Shown here one piece after another: positions 56,516 through 64,000 of a stretch of DNA of 64,000 nt (position 1 is its first letter; every line of letters begins with the position of its first letter). The position numbers and the translations under genes were made by a program. Origin of the DNA: an uncultured Gammaproteobacteria bacterium (GTDB taxonomy: Bacteria; Patescibacteriota; Microgenomatia; JALYQM01). Where the stretch lies: positions 5,667 to 69,666 of the forward strand of contig CAYOFQ010000002.1 in assembly GCA_964403585.1 (NCBI GenBank), read 5' to 3'. Below the pieces are notes generated by a model that worked only from the letters and a program-made list of their open reading frames with translations, had not been told where the DNA came from and searched no databases.

Positions 56516-58576
56516 TTACTCTTTCTTCGTCACATTTTCCTTCAACTCCACCTTAAAAATCTTCTGCTTTGTCAAAACATATAATTGCTTTTGCGCAACA
56601 TCAATTAGAATATCACTCGCATCTTTAAACTCTGGTGAAGTATATGTCGACACATAACTGCCATCCTTTTTAGAAACCACTACCACCCGGGCATTCATCT
56701 CATCCAGAATATATAAAAAATCAATCTCAGCATCAGTCGCAACCGCCCGTACATTTGTCAAATCCCCCTCCACTCCTGATACACTAAAGGTATCCTCTTT
56801 TCCTGAGAACAATTTAATAATATCCCCACTCTTTTTTCCGATCCACACATTTCCGTCGATCGCAAAACTAACTGCATCAGACAAATCCACCGTCACATCT
56901 GATGAAATATAATTACGAACCGGACCGAAACCATTCCCTTCAGGAATGTATTTCCAGATCTGAGCTTTTCCCTGATCTAAAAGGTATAAATTCCCGCCAA
57001 ATAGCTGAACATCAGTCAAGGTGCCCCAAACATCCGCGGGCTCAAGTAATCGCACCACTTCTGAACTTTGCTCTTGAGTACGCACAATACCTTTTCTTGC
57101 ACTCACACCGTAAGTAACAGTCTTATCACCTTCTGCACCGATCAATCCATCTAAATCATTAGGGCCAATCACCGCTGAGGCTGACCGTGTTTCCGTTCCT
57201 ACCTGGTATACGGAATTATGCGCAACATCTGCGACCAGCAACGCTGTTCCGGTAAGCGCAAATCGTTCCCCCACCGCCTGAGCATTTACCGTCGACAAAT
57301 CAAAGTAAGGTGAAAGATCAGTTAATGCGTATGTTTTAGTAACAACTCCATACGCCGACTCAATATCCCGGGATAACTTTTGAACTTCCGGATCTTTAAG
57401 AGTAGCCTCATCGAATTGCGATATAACCCGTCGGGCTTCCTGGAGATAATTCTTAGCTCGCTCGGGATTCAACTCAGCATAGTAAAGCCCTTGTTTATAC
57501 GCTTCTTCAGCTTGCGGCAATATTTCACTTTTAAGAACTGCGGTTTGCTTCTGGTTCTTAAACCTGTTCTCGTAATCATGTCCAATAAAAATAAACCCTG
57601 CAAATAAAAGCAGGATCATACATCCTAAAATAAAAACTCGTCGTCGGGTAAAAAAACTGGTAATTTTCTTACCGGCAGCAGCAATCTTACCCCGCGCCGC
57701 AGAAGGAATAATTTTTGCACTAAACCCTCGAATCGAAGCTTCTGATGAAAACAATCGCTCCCGCTCGGGGACCGGACTAGACAACGCAGCATCAACAGCA
57801 AGCTCTTTCTCAACAAACTCCGGATCCTCAGTCAGGGGAAGAGGTGAAGTAACATCTTCCTCCCGGCTTTCAGCAAAAACGATACTCTCTTCCTCTATAG
57901 AAGGCACGGCATCCGAACCGACATAACATCCAACAATACAGCAACTCGGATGAGTTTGTATTGGTTCATTAAAATACTGGGCTAATTTGGAATACGCTAA
58001 TGCCGAATCTAATTCTTTTAAACTTCCTAAGGTCAAAGGAAAATGACTTGTATCAACAGAACGATTAAATAAGCACAAAGTATCATTGGGTTGAATATAT
58101 CCGGAGAGACTTACAGCCAGGCTGGATCCTGAAGAGTCATCCGTCTCAAACAAATTTCCAAAAGTAGCCTCACGGTATAACCTCATTCCTGTCATTCCCC
58201 CACACCGAACCGTATACAAAACACTGCCCCAAACCACACCTATACAAAGCGAAAAATCAATATTCTCAACATTACCATACTCAAGGATCTTCTTCTCAAT
58301 GAAAGCCTGAGTTTGACGAACACAGTCCAGTAAATGTCCATGAACAGATACACACTCTCCCTGATAATATAATCCTTCAAAAAAAGGAAACACTTCCCTC
58401 CCCATTTGATCTATCGGGAAAACTTCCGGATACGTTATACAAAACAAACCAAAGATTCTCCCATGTGAAGCCAAAACAGAACCGACAGGACTGGTCAGAG
58501 GTAATCCTTCTACATATGATCCGGGAGCCGAAGCCGAGCTAAAAACAAATGGCTGGAAATTGAGCAGAGTATCCAT
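56516..58576 (-). CDS. large bitopic membrane protein: cytoplasmic N-terminal domain, single TM, extracytoplasmic beta-rich domain; function unknown
   Basis: TM at VFILGCMILLLFAGFIFIG; the C-terminal half is rich in short beta-strand repeats. Confidence 0.5.
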   Translation of the reverse strand: MDTLLNFQPFVFSSASAPGSYVEGLPLTSPVGSVLASHGRIFGLFCITYPEVFPIDQMGREVFPFFEGLYYQGECVSVHGHLLDCVRQTQAFIEKKILEYGNVENIDFSLCIGVVWGSVLYTVRCGGMTGMRLYREATFGNLFETDDSSGSSLAVSLSGYIQPNDTLCLFNRSVDTSHFPLTLGSLKELDSALAYSKLAQYFNEPIQTHPSCCIVGCYVGSDAVPSIEEESIVFAESREEDVTSPLPLTEDPEFVEKELAVDAALSSPVPERERLFSSEASIRGFSAKIIPSAARGKIAAAGKKITSFFTRRRVFILGCMILLLFAGFIFIGHDYENRFKNQKQTAVLKSEILPQAEEAYKQGLYYAELNPERAKNYLQEARRVISQFDEATLKDPEVQKLSRDIESAYGVVTKTYALTDLSPYFDLSTVNAQAVGERFALTGTALLVADVAHNSVYQVGTETRSASAVIGPNDLDGLIGAEGDKTVTYGVSARKGIVRTQEQSSEVVRLLEPADVWGTLTDVQLFGGNLYLLDQGKAQIWKYIPEGNGFGPVRNYISSDVTVDLSDAVSFAIDGNVWIGKKSGDIIKLFSGKEDTFSVSGVEGDLTNVRAVATDAEIDFLYILDEMNARVVVVSKKDGSYVSTYTSPEFKDASDILIDVAQKQLYVLTKQKIFKVELKENVTKKE

Positions 58577-58619
58577 TACATAGAATATATCAGAAAAATG
58601 GAAGAAAGCGAAAGATCGA

Positions 58620-58856
58620 CTAGGACAAGAAAGACAACAGTGTCAAACCAAACAAACCAATCGCGCCTAATAGCAGAAACAAACTGATCACCACAAAAAC
58701 CGGCGCCAGCTGCGTCCTCAATACCCGATTCATCATTTGTACTTGGCGCATAATCAAAAACGTAAACCCTAAAACACCAAAAGAAACAACAGCAAAGATA
58801 ACCTTAATTAAAAGTATAAAAGCGGAATCAAAAGAAAAATCGGTAAAATTATCCAT
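58620..58856 (-). CDS. small two-TM membrane protein
   Basis: 78 aa, two hydrophobic helices, immediately downstream of the bPH_2 gene. Confidence 0.4.
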   Translation of the reverse strand: MDNFTDFSFDSAFILLIKVIFAVVSFGVLGFTFLIMRQVQMMNRVLRTQLAPVFVVISLFLLLGAIGLFGLTLLSFLS

Positions 58857-58857
58857 A

Positions 58858-59457
58858 TTAGTGCTCTTTCCTGCTAATTACTCCCCCATGCTCGGCAACA
58901 AGTTCACCAACCAGTCGGCTCACTTGATCAGGATACGGAATGTCATCAAACTCGATGTTGGTCATTTCCGCTGCGGTCTGTACAAAAACATCACCGTAAT
59001 TAAATGCCAGCTGAAACGCACCGGCTACTTCCGAACGGACATCCTGTATTTTAGTAAATTGGGCTTCTGCAAAGTTCTTGTTAAACAACCCCACAAAATC
59101 GACATCAATAATACGGTCATTAGTAATAATATTTACTGTAAAGAACCAAATCAGGAGACGCTCAAAACCATAAGCAAATACTAATAAATACCAGAAGATA
59201 AACATCGCGAAGCGCAACATGAGTGGAAGACTTTCATACATATTAGGTGCCAGATACAGTACCGCTCCTTGAGCAAAAAGTGGCACCAGCAGCATAGCAA
59301 AGACTCCCACGATCCAGGGTACATTAGTAATCTGATGCTTGCGAATCAGGAGATATAACTGCTCCCCTTCCTGTTGCTCGTTGAAGATCACTGAACGAGG
59401 CTGGACCAGGAACGCGGAGGTCAGAGTATTGTTATTGCGTGCTGCAGGTAAATGCAT
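58858..59457 (-). CDS. membrane-flanked bacterial PH-domain (bPH_2 / YdbS-YdbT-like) protein
   Basis: Two TM helices followed by a PH-like beta-rich domain. Confidence 0.5.
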   Translation of the reverse strand: MHLPAARNNNTLTSAFLVQPRSVIFNEQQEGEQLYLLIRKHQITNVPWIVGVFAMLLVPLFAQGAVLYLAPNMYESLPLMLRFAMFIFWYLLVFAYGFERLLIWFFTVNIITNDRIIDVDFVGLFNKNFAEAQFTKIQDVRSEVAGAFQLAFNYGDVFVQTAAEMTNIEFDDIPYPDQVSRLVGELVAEHGGVISRKEH

Positions 59458-59510
59458 AGATATGAGTATATCAGTAACTATTATCTATTGTCTATGAGCT
59501 TTTTCCACGG

Positions 59511-61253
59511 TTATTTCTTCTCAATATTAAACAAGGCGCTCTGGATAAATAACTCACCCGGAGCACGCAGGTTAAACACTTGCTTAAATAAATCACCACT
59601 AATGGTTACTGTACCTTTATCAGTCTGGAAACTAACCTGATTAGTATATCCGCCATTAGCATATTGAGTAGAACCGATACCGGTAACGGAATTCACCGCA
59701 TCACCCCCAAGCTCCTGTTTTACCCGTTCAACCGACCAGGTATCACCGTTTGCTTTATCAGTCTGGGATACATGGGTAATGTTATTTCCGTCTTTCTTTA
59801 CCACCAGCACGGCATTCACAATATCGGCCATTTCTGATGAATTTAACCATGGATGCTTACGGGAACCACCACCACCGCGCGGCTTATACCAACCTTTATA
59901 AAACCAGGGGGAACCCGCAATCTTTTCATAGGCATCACCGGTCCAGCAACTCTGCGACCCGCACTTAGTATCCCACAACATCGGAGTGCTATGCCCTCGA
60001 CCTGAGTATGAATAAATCGCACCACCGGCAGTTGAAGCATAATAAGTCGTGATCATATCGTTAGAGGAGTTCGAAACAACGACCATACCTTTCGTTTCTT
60101 CCACTGCCTTATGCCATATGCTCGCTACCCCGCTGGTAGCCTTACTTGAGTTGTATACTTGACATGATTCAGTAATACAGATTGGTTTTGAAGCCACCAT
60201 TGCATAAGTACGGGCCGCAATAGCCTGAGCCTTCTGAGCTTCTAAATCCCACGATGAAGGCATCTCGGCAATACCCTTTAAGTAATTACCTTCAAAATCC
60301 AACGCTCCGGAACTGGTTTGAATTGTCGACGGAAAATCTCGCTTCTCAACACGGATATTCCCATAATACGCTTTAAGAATAGTTTCGTAATTTTGCCCGC
60401 TCTTAGCACGTCCTAAAGCGCCATACTGGCTCATTCCTTTGCGGTGTGGAGCTCCGAAAGAAAATGCTGCAAATGCCGGCGAGAAACCCGGATTATAGGT
60501 AGGGCTCGATGCTGCATCATCAGTCAAAGGGACATCCCCCACTGAAGACGTAAATGATCCGGTCTTCTCTGCTAATAATTGCTGTTGCCTGGCCGACAAA
60601 GCAGCAATCTGCGTCGATAAATCTGCCTGATACTTCTTTGCTTTAGCAATCTCTGCCTCATAAAAAGTTGCTTCTTTTGCAGTCTTCTCTTTTATTGAAG
60701 CCAGTCTGGAATTTTCTTTTTGTAAATCATTTTTAAGTTTCTCTGCGGTAGCCTTATCATCGTTGAGCGAACGCAACTCTGCACCAATACCTTTAATAAA
60801 TCGCTGATCTTCCTCAAGCGCCGCTTCTCTATAAGCAAGCCTTCTCGTTGCATCTCCTAATTCCGAACTTGAGAACAAAATCATTAACGGTGATGTACTT
60901 TTTGAGGTTATATAATAGGAATTTACCTTAGACTCAAACATATCCTGCTGTTCTTGCAGGCGTCCATCAGATTCTGCAATTGAGGTCTGCAGCCGTTTAA
61001 GTTCTTTTTGCTTCTGAGCTATTTGGCCTTCAACTTTTGTAATGGAATTCTTAACGCTATTAAGAGTGGTGGTTAAGCTGGTTAACTGCCCTTCCAAAGG
61101 CTTGGTAGCTTTTACTGAAGCTTCTCGGGCTGACTGCAATTCAGACAGCTTTTTTTCAATATCATCCAACTCATCAGCAAATACCAATGATAAAGAAGTG
61201 GAAGAGTGAATGAGTAAAGATAAACTGAGGATAAAAAGCAAAAAAGCTTTCAT
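59511..61253 (-). CDS. SpoIID/LytB-domain protein with N-terminal signal peptide and long coiled-coil
   Basis: Start at MKAFLLFILSLSLLIHS… (61253); about 200-aa coiled coil; C-terminal SpoIID-like blocks (AQKAQAIAARTYA, CQVYNS, YYASTAGGAIYS). Confidence 0.7.
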   Translation of the reverse strand: MKAFLLFILSLSLLIHSSTSLSLVFADELDDIEKKLSELQSAREASVKATKPLEGQLTSLTTTLNSVKNSITKVEGQIAQKQKELKRLQTSIAESDGRLQEQQDMFESKVNSYYITSKSTSPLMILFSSSELGDATRRLAYREAALEEDQRFIKGIGAELRSLNDDKATAEKLKNDLQKENSRLASIKEKTAKEATFYEAEIAKAKKYQADLSTQIAALSARQQQLLAEKTGSFTSSVGDVPLTDDAASSPTYNPGFSPAFAAFSFGAPHRKGMSQYGALGRAKSGQNYETILKAYYGNIRVEKRDFPSTIQTSSGALDFEGNYLKGIAEMPSSWDLEAQKAQAIAARTYAMVASKPICITESCQVYNSSKATSGVASIWHKAVEETKGMVVVSNSSNDMITTYYASTAGGAIYSYSGRGHSTPMLWDTKCGSQSCWTGDAYEKIAGSPWFYKGWYKPRGGGGSRKHPWLNSSEMADIVNAVLVVKKDGNNITHVSQTDKANGDTWSVERVKQELGGDAVNSVTGIGSTQYANGGYTNQVSFQTDKGTVTISGDLFKQVFNLRAPGELFIQSALFNIEKK

Positions 61254-61363
61254 CCAAAAAGGTACACGCGAGAACATACTTTCATAATACCATACTAAAA
61301 TAAAGAGTACGCTAAACATCCGATTTACAATTAAGAAACACATGCTTATGATAAAATAAACGT

Positions 61364-61786
61364 ATGAAGAAATGTTTAATTCTCATCCTCTTTTGTTTCT
61401 CATTTTTTGTTGCCCAGAATAGTATAGTTTTTGCCGCACCAACAGTCGAATGCAGCGCCACAATCAAGTGTCCTGCAGGTAAGTCGTGTGTTGGCTCATT
61501 TTGTGTTCAAGCTGCTCCCAGCCTACGCCCTGAATTCCAACAGGAAGGAGCCTTAACCTTTGCCGTCTCTCGATTCTTTACCTATTTATTGCCGGTTATC
61601 GGTATTCTCGGTTTCCTGCTTTTCCTCTGGTCGGGCTTCCAATTCCTGATGAGTAAAGGCGATCCTAAAGCCCTTGCCGCAGCTCAAGCGAGATTAACCT
61701 ATACCGCTATCGGATTGCTAATAATTTTCCTGGCATATAGTATTACAGCATACACAACCGGATTATTTGGATTGGTAACACCATGA
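61364..61786 (+). CDS. T4SS-pilin-like (TrbC/VirB2-like, CPR-type) small membrane protein, paralog 1
   Basis: Signal peptide, Cys-rich N-terminal segment, two TM helices and the family core WSGFQFLMSKGDPKALAAAQARLTYTAIGLLIIF. Confidence 0.65.
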   Translation: MKKCLILILFCFSFFVAQNSIVFAAPTVECSATIKCPAGKSCVGSFCVQAAPSLRPEFQQEGALTFAVSRFFTYLLPVIGILGFLLFLWSGFQFLMSKGDPKALAAAQARLTYTAIGLLIIFLAYSITAYTTGLFGLVTP

Positions 61787-62205
61787 AAAAAGTATTTAAG
61801 AAAAGCTTTATCATCTCAATATTTGTATGTATCGGACTCTTGGGTATCAAAAATATTCAAGCTGCCAGCTCCGTTCCGGTTGCTACCTGCCAACCGATCC
61901 CGGGACAGGGAGTCTCCATTCAGGATTGTGCGAACGCTAACTTCCCAAAGGGTGCGCCCACTACGATCGGTGGTTGGGTTTCTACCATCTTAGGCCAGGT
62001 ATATACCATAGCGCTTGTCGTCATGCTCGCCTATTTAATCTGGGGTTCATATCGTTTTATGATGGCCGCCGGAGACCCCAAAGCCATTGCCGCAGCCAGA
62101 GCCCATCTGACGTGGGCAATCGCTGGTATGATCATCGTGTTTGTGGCATATTGGATATATCGTGTCATCAACGAACTGGCATTCTATGTATTCCAGGACA
62201 TTTAA
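61783..62205 (+). CDS. T4SS-pilin-like protein, paralog 2
   Basis: WGSYRFMMAAGDPKAIAAARAHLTWAIAGMIIVF core; start overlaps the upstream stop. Confidence 0.65.
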   Translation: MKKVFKKSFIISIFVCIGLLGIKNIQAASSVPVATCQPIPGQGVSIQDCANANFPKGAPTTIGGWVSTILGQVYTIALVVMLAYLIWGSYRFMMAAGDPKAIAAARAHLTWAIAGMIIVFVAYWIYRVINELAFYVFQDI

Positions 62206-62222
62206 TGGTACTATAAAAACAT

Positions 62223-62849
62223 ATGTATATATATAAATTGTTCTTAGATGTAATCGCAGCCGTAGCACCCCCTGAACCGGGAAGCAATACCCCAAGCAAT
62301 GAAGCCGGAAGCATTGTCGGACGAATTTTCCCTCCATTTCCCGGATTTAGCGGATCAATCAGTTTAACCAGATATTTTCTTACCTTATTCAATACAGCCC
62401 TCTATGTCGGCCTCGTCGCTGCTCTTATATATATAGTCTACGGAGCAATCAAATGGATTACCTCGGGCGGAGATATCAAAGCCCTCGCCGCAGCTCGCAA
62501 TACCATTACCCACGCTATAATGGGTGTTATCCTTCTTTCACTCGGCTTAGTCATGAGTCAGGTTGTCGGAACATTTGTCTCTCCCACACTCGACGACACT
62601 AATTCAAAGGCAGTATATATCTGCGGCTATGGCAGCCGCAAAGAACAATGCGATTTAAGTGGCATTCCACCATCAGAATGTTATCAGTCTATTACCTGTC
62701 ACCAAGTCTACTCACGTATTTTAAATGAAAAGGCCGACAAACTACAAATGAGCTACCCAAGCCAATACTGCTTCAGTGCCCAGGAATGCGACAAGGGCTG
62801 TAAACAAAATGAATTAATTAACACATATAAATATTGCCAGCCAATCTAA
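62223..62849 (+). CDS. T4SS-pilin-like protein, paralog 3, with Cys-rich C-terminal extension
   Basis: GAIKWITSGGDIKALAAARNTITHAIMGVILL core plus about 90 aa C-terminal containing 10 Cys. Confidence 0.6.
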   Translation: MYIYKLFLDVIAAVAPPEPGSNTPSNEAGSIVGRIFPPFPGFSGSISLTRYFLTLFNTALYVGLVAALIYIVYGAIKWITSGGDIKALAAARNTITHAIMGVILLSLGLVMSQVVGTFVSPTLDDTNSKAVYICGYGSRKEQCDLSGIPPSECYQSITCHQVYSRILNEKADKLQMSYPSQYCFSAQECDKGCKQNELINTYKYCQPI

Positions 62850-62853
62850 GAAT

Positions 62854-63204
62854 ATGAATAGTAAAAAATTACTTATCTTTTTCATACTGCTCACGGGGTT
62901 AATACCTACCCGGCTGGCTGAAGCGGCCGGGCTGGGAACCTTAAGTCCACCGACTGGTACAACTCTAGATCTGAATGCCAACGTTATCCGTTTTGTTAAT
63001 TTTGCTATCGGCAGCGGTACGGTTGTTTTTCTGTACATGTTTGTCCGTGGAGCGATTGAATGGACTATTTCCGAGGGAGATAAAATGAGGCTCGAAACCG
63101 CACGAAACCGCATGACCCAAGCCGCTATCGGACTACTGCTTTTAGGTACCTGTTTCGCAATCGCATCAATTGTGAGATCCTTAACCTATTCACGGGGATT
63201 TTAA
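62854..63204 (+). CDS. T4SS-pilin-like protein, paralog 4
   Basis: RGAIEWTISEGDKMRLETARNRMTQAAIGLLLL core. Confidence 0.6.
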   Translation: MNSKKLLIFFILLTGLIPTRLAEAAGLGTLSPPTGTTLDLNANVIRFVNFAIGSGTVVFLYMFVRGAIEWTISEGDKMRLETARNRMTQAAIGLLLLGTCFAIASIVRSLTYSRGF

Positions 63205-63262
63205 ACAATTTTGGAAAAAATATGGTATAATAAGTTGTCTTGAAGGGAGGTGAATTTAAAAC

Positions 63263-63646
63263 ATGTTCAAAAAAGCATATGCAAAATTAGTTGGTGTTTC
63301 ATCAGCAGCAACAGCGGTATTATCTTTGGCAACGGCTACATACGCTCAGGTAACCTTATCGTTCCCTACTACCAGCCAATACGGTTTCAACGATTTGCCA
63401 ACAGCTCTTAGCGGAGTCTTAAACCTCGTTTTCTTCTTTGCGTTAATCTTAGTTTTGATCTACCTCGTTTGGGGTGGTATCCAGTGGATCACATCCGGTG
63501 GAGACAAAGCAGGAACTGAAGCAGCTCGAGGTAAGATCACTGGCGCTATCGTCGGTATCATTATCGTTGCAGTAGCATTCGCAATCTTCCGATTGCTCAT
63601 GACATTCGTCGGTGCTACAAACTCTATCGTTATCACCAAACAATAA
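63263..63646 (+). CDS. T4SS-pilin-like protein, paralog 5
   Basis: Strong RBS GAAGGGAGGTG; WGGIQWITSGGDKAGTEAARGKITGAIVGIIIV core; followed by a terminator. Confidence 0.65.
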   Translation: MFKKAYAKLVGVSSAATAVLSLATATYAQVTLSFPTTSQYGFNDLPTALSGVLNLVFFFALILVLIYLVWGGIQWITSGGDKAGTEAARGKITGAIVGIIIVAVAFAIFRLLMTFVGATNSIVITKQ

Positions 63647-63670
63647 AACTCAAAAACAAAATAGAGTTAA

Positions 63671-63701
63671 AAATACCGGTCTTTATGACCGGTATTTTTT
63701 T
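63671..63701 (+). terminator. rho-independent terminator after the pilin-like gene array
   Basis: Stem ATACCGGTC / GACCGGTAT followed by a T7 run. Confidence 0.65.
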
Positions 63702-63718
63702 GCATAAAGTAATATTTT

Positions 63719-63835
63719 TTACGAGTCATAAGTGTAAGACGACCTTCTCTGCCATACCTTGAACGGCAGAGCAGAGCTTTAAATGCCAATAAGTAAAGGC
63801 ATTAAGCGTGTCGTCTTACACTTATGACGAGTAGG
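63719..63835. ncRNA. Unclassified structured-RNA motif, copy B
   Basis: Approximately 20-bp closing stem (ACGAGTCATAAGTGTAAGACGAC…GTCGTCTTACACTTATGACGAGT), inner hairpin CTCTGCC-ATACCTTGAAC-GGCAGAG, then CAGAGCTTTAAATGCC-AATAAGTAA-AGGCATTAAGC. Two stems carry compensatory changes compared with copy A. Confidence 0.4.
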
Positions 63836-63841
63836 ATTAAT

Positions 63842-64000
63842 TTAAAGCGGTATCGTCACCGGCAACCAATAGGCAAAGAAAGCAAAATAGGCAATAAAAA
63901 ACAGTGCCGTTAATTTCCAGTCACAGTATTTGAAAAGATAATAGCAAGTTAAAAGCAAAATAAAAGGAAACGCCGGAACATAATAAAAAGAATATTGAAC
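63842..64000 (-). CDS. C-terminal fragment of a membrane protein; gene continues beyond the right edge
   Basis: Minus-strand frame open from 64000 to the TAA at 63842-63844 (…FFIAYFAFFAYWLPVTIPL*). Confidence 0.35.
   Translation of the reverse strand, partial: VQYSFYYVPAFPFILLLTCYYLFKYCDWKLTALFFIAYFAFFAYWLPVTIPL

Overview
This is about 64 kb of low-GC bacterial DNA (AT-rich intergenic regions, GC-rich patches) and most of it looks like accessory genome. The tandem T4SS-pilin-like genes, SpoIID, ComF and a group I intron in a tRNA suggest a small-genome, CPR/Patescibacteria-like organism, but I cannot assign the lineage. Contents, left to right: (1) a minus-strand Type I restriction-modification operon, hsdM(with N-terminal HTH)-NYN RNase-hsdS-hsdR, with the hsdR C-terminus beyond the left edge; (2) a mostly minus-strand run of small overlapping accessory genes (DUF1801 x2, RibD_C/DHFR-like x3, glyoxalase, DUF1428, deaminase, YwqK/MORN), plus a divergently transcribed cytochrome P450 and partner and a large secreted protein carrying C-type-lectin, Ig/FN3 and LysM domains; (3) a tRNA-Asn(GUU) interrupted by a 205-nt group I intron, with an 18-nt copy of its 3' end about 1 kb away; (4) a conserved dnaG-rpoD operon; (5) three GC-rich secreted-protein genes, each preceded by a conserved AT-rich upstream element, and a membrane-anchored metzincin; (6) a tRNA cluster with all four tRNA-Ser isoacceptors plus tRNA-Arg, and nearby an HNH endonuclease gene that overlaps tRNA-Ser(UGA); (7) metabolic and membrane genes (lipase-like hydrolase, CcdA-thioredoxin fusion, FTR1 iron permease, IMPase, EEP nuclease, SDR, ComF, beta-propeller phytase, CorA), a three-gene operon of unknown proteins with a winged-helix domain, and a leaderless smpB; (8) a SpoIID protein followed by five tandem T4SS-pilin-like paralogs. 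Two copies of an unclassified structured-RNA motif show compensatory base changes. No CRISPR array and no rRNA gene were seen.
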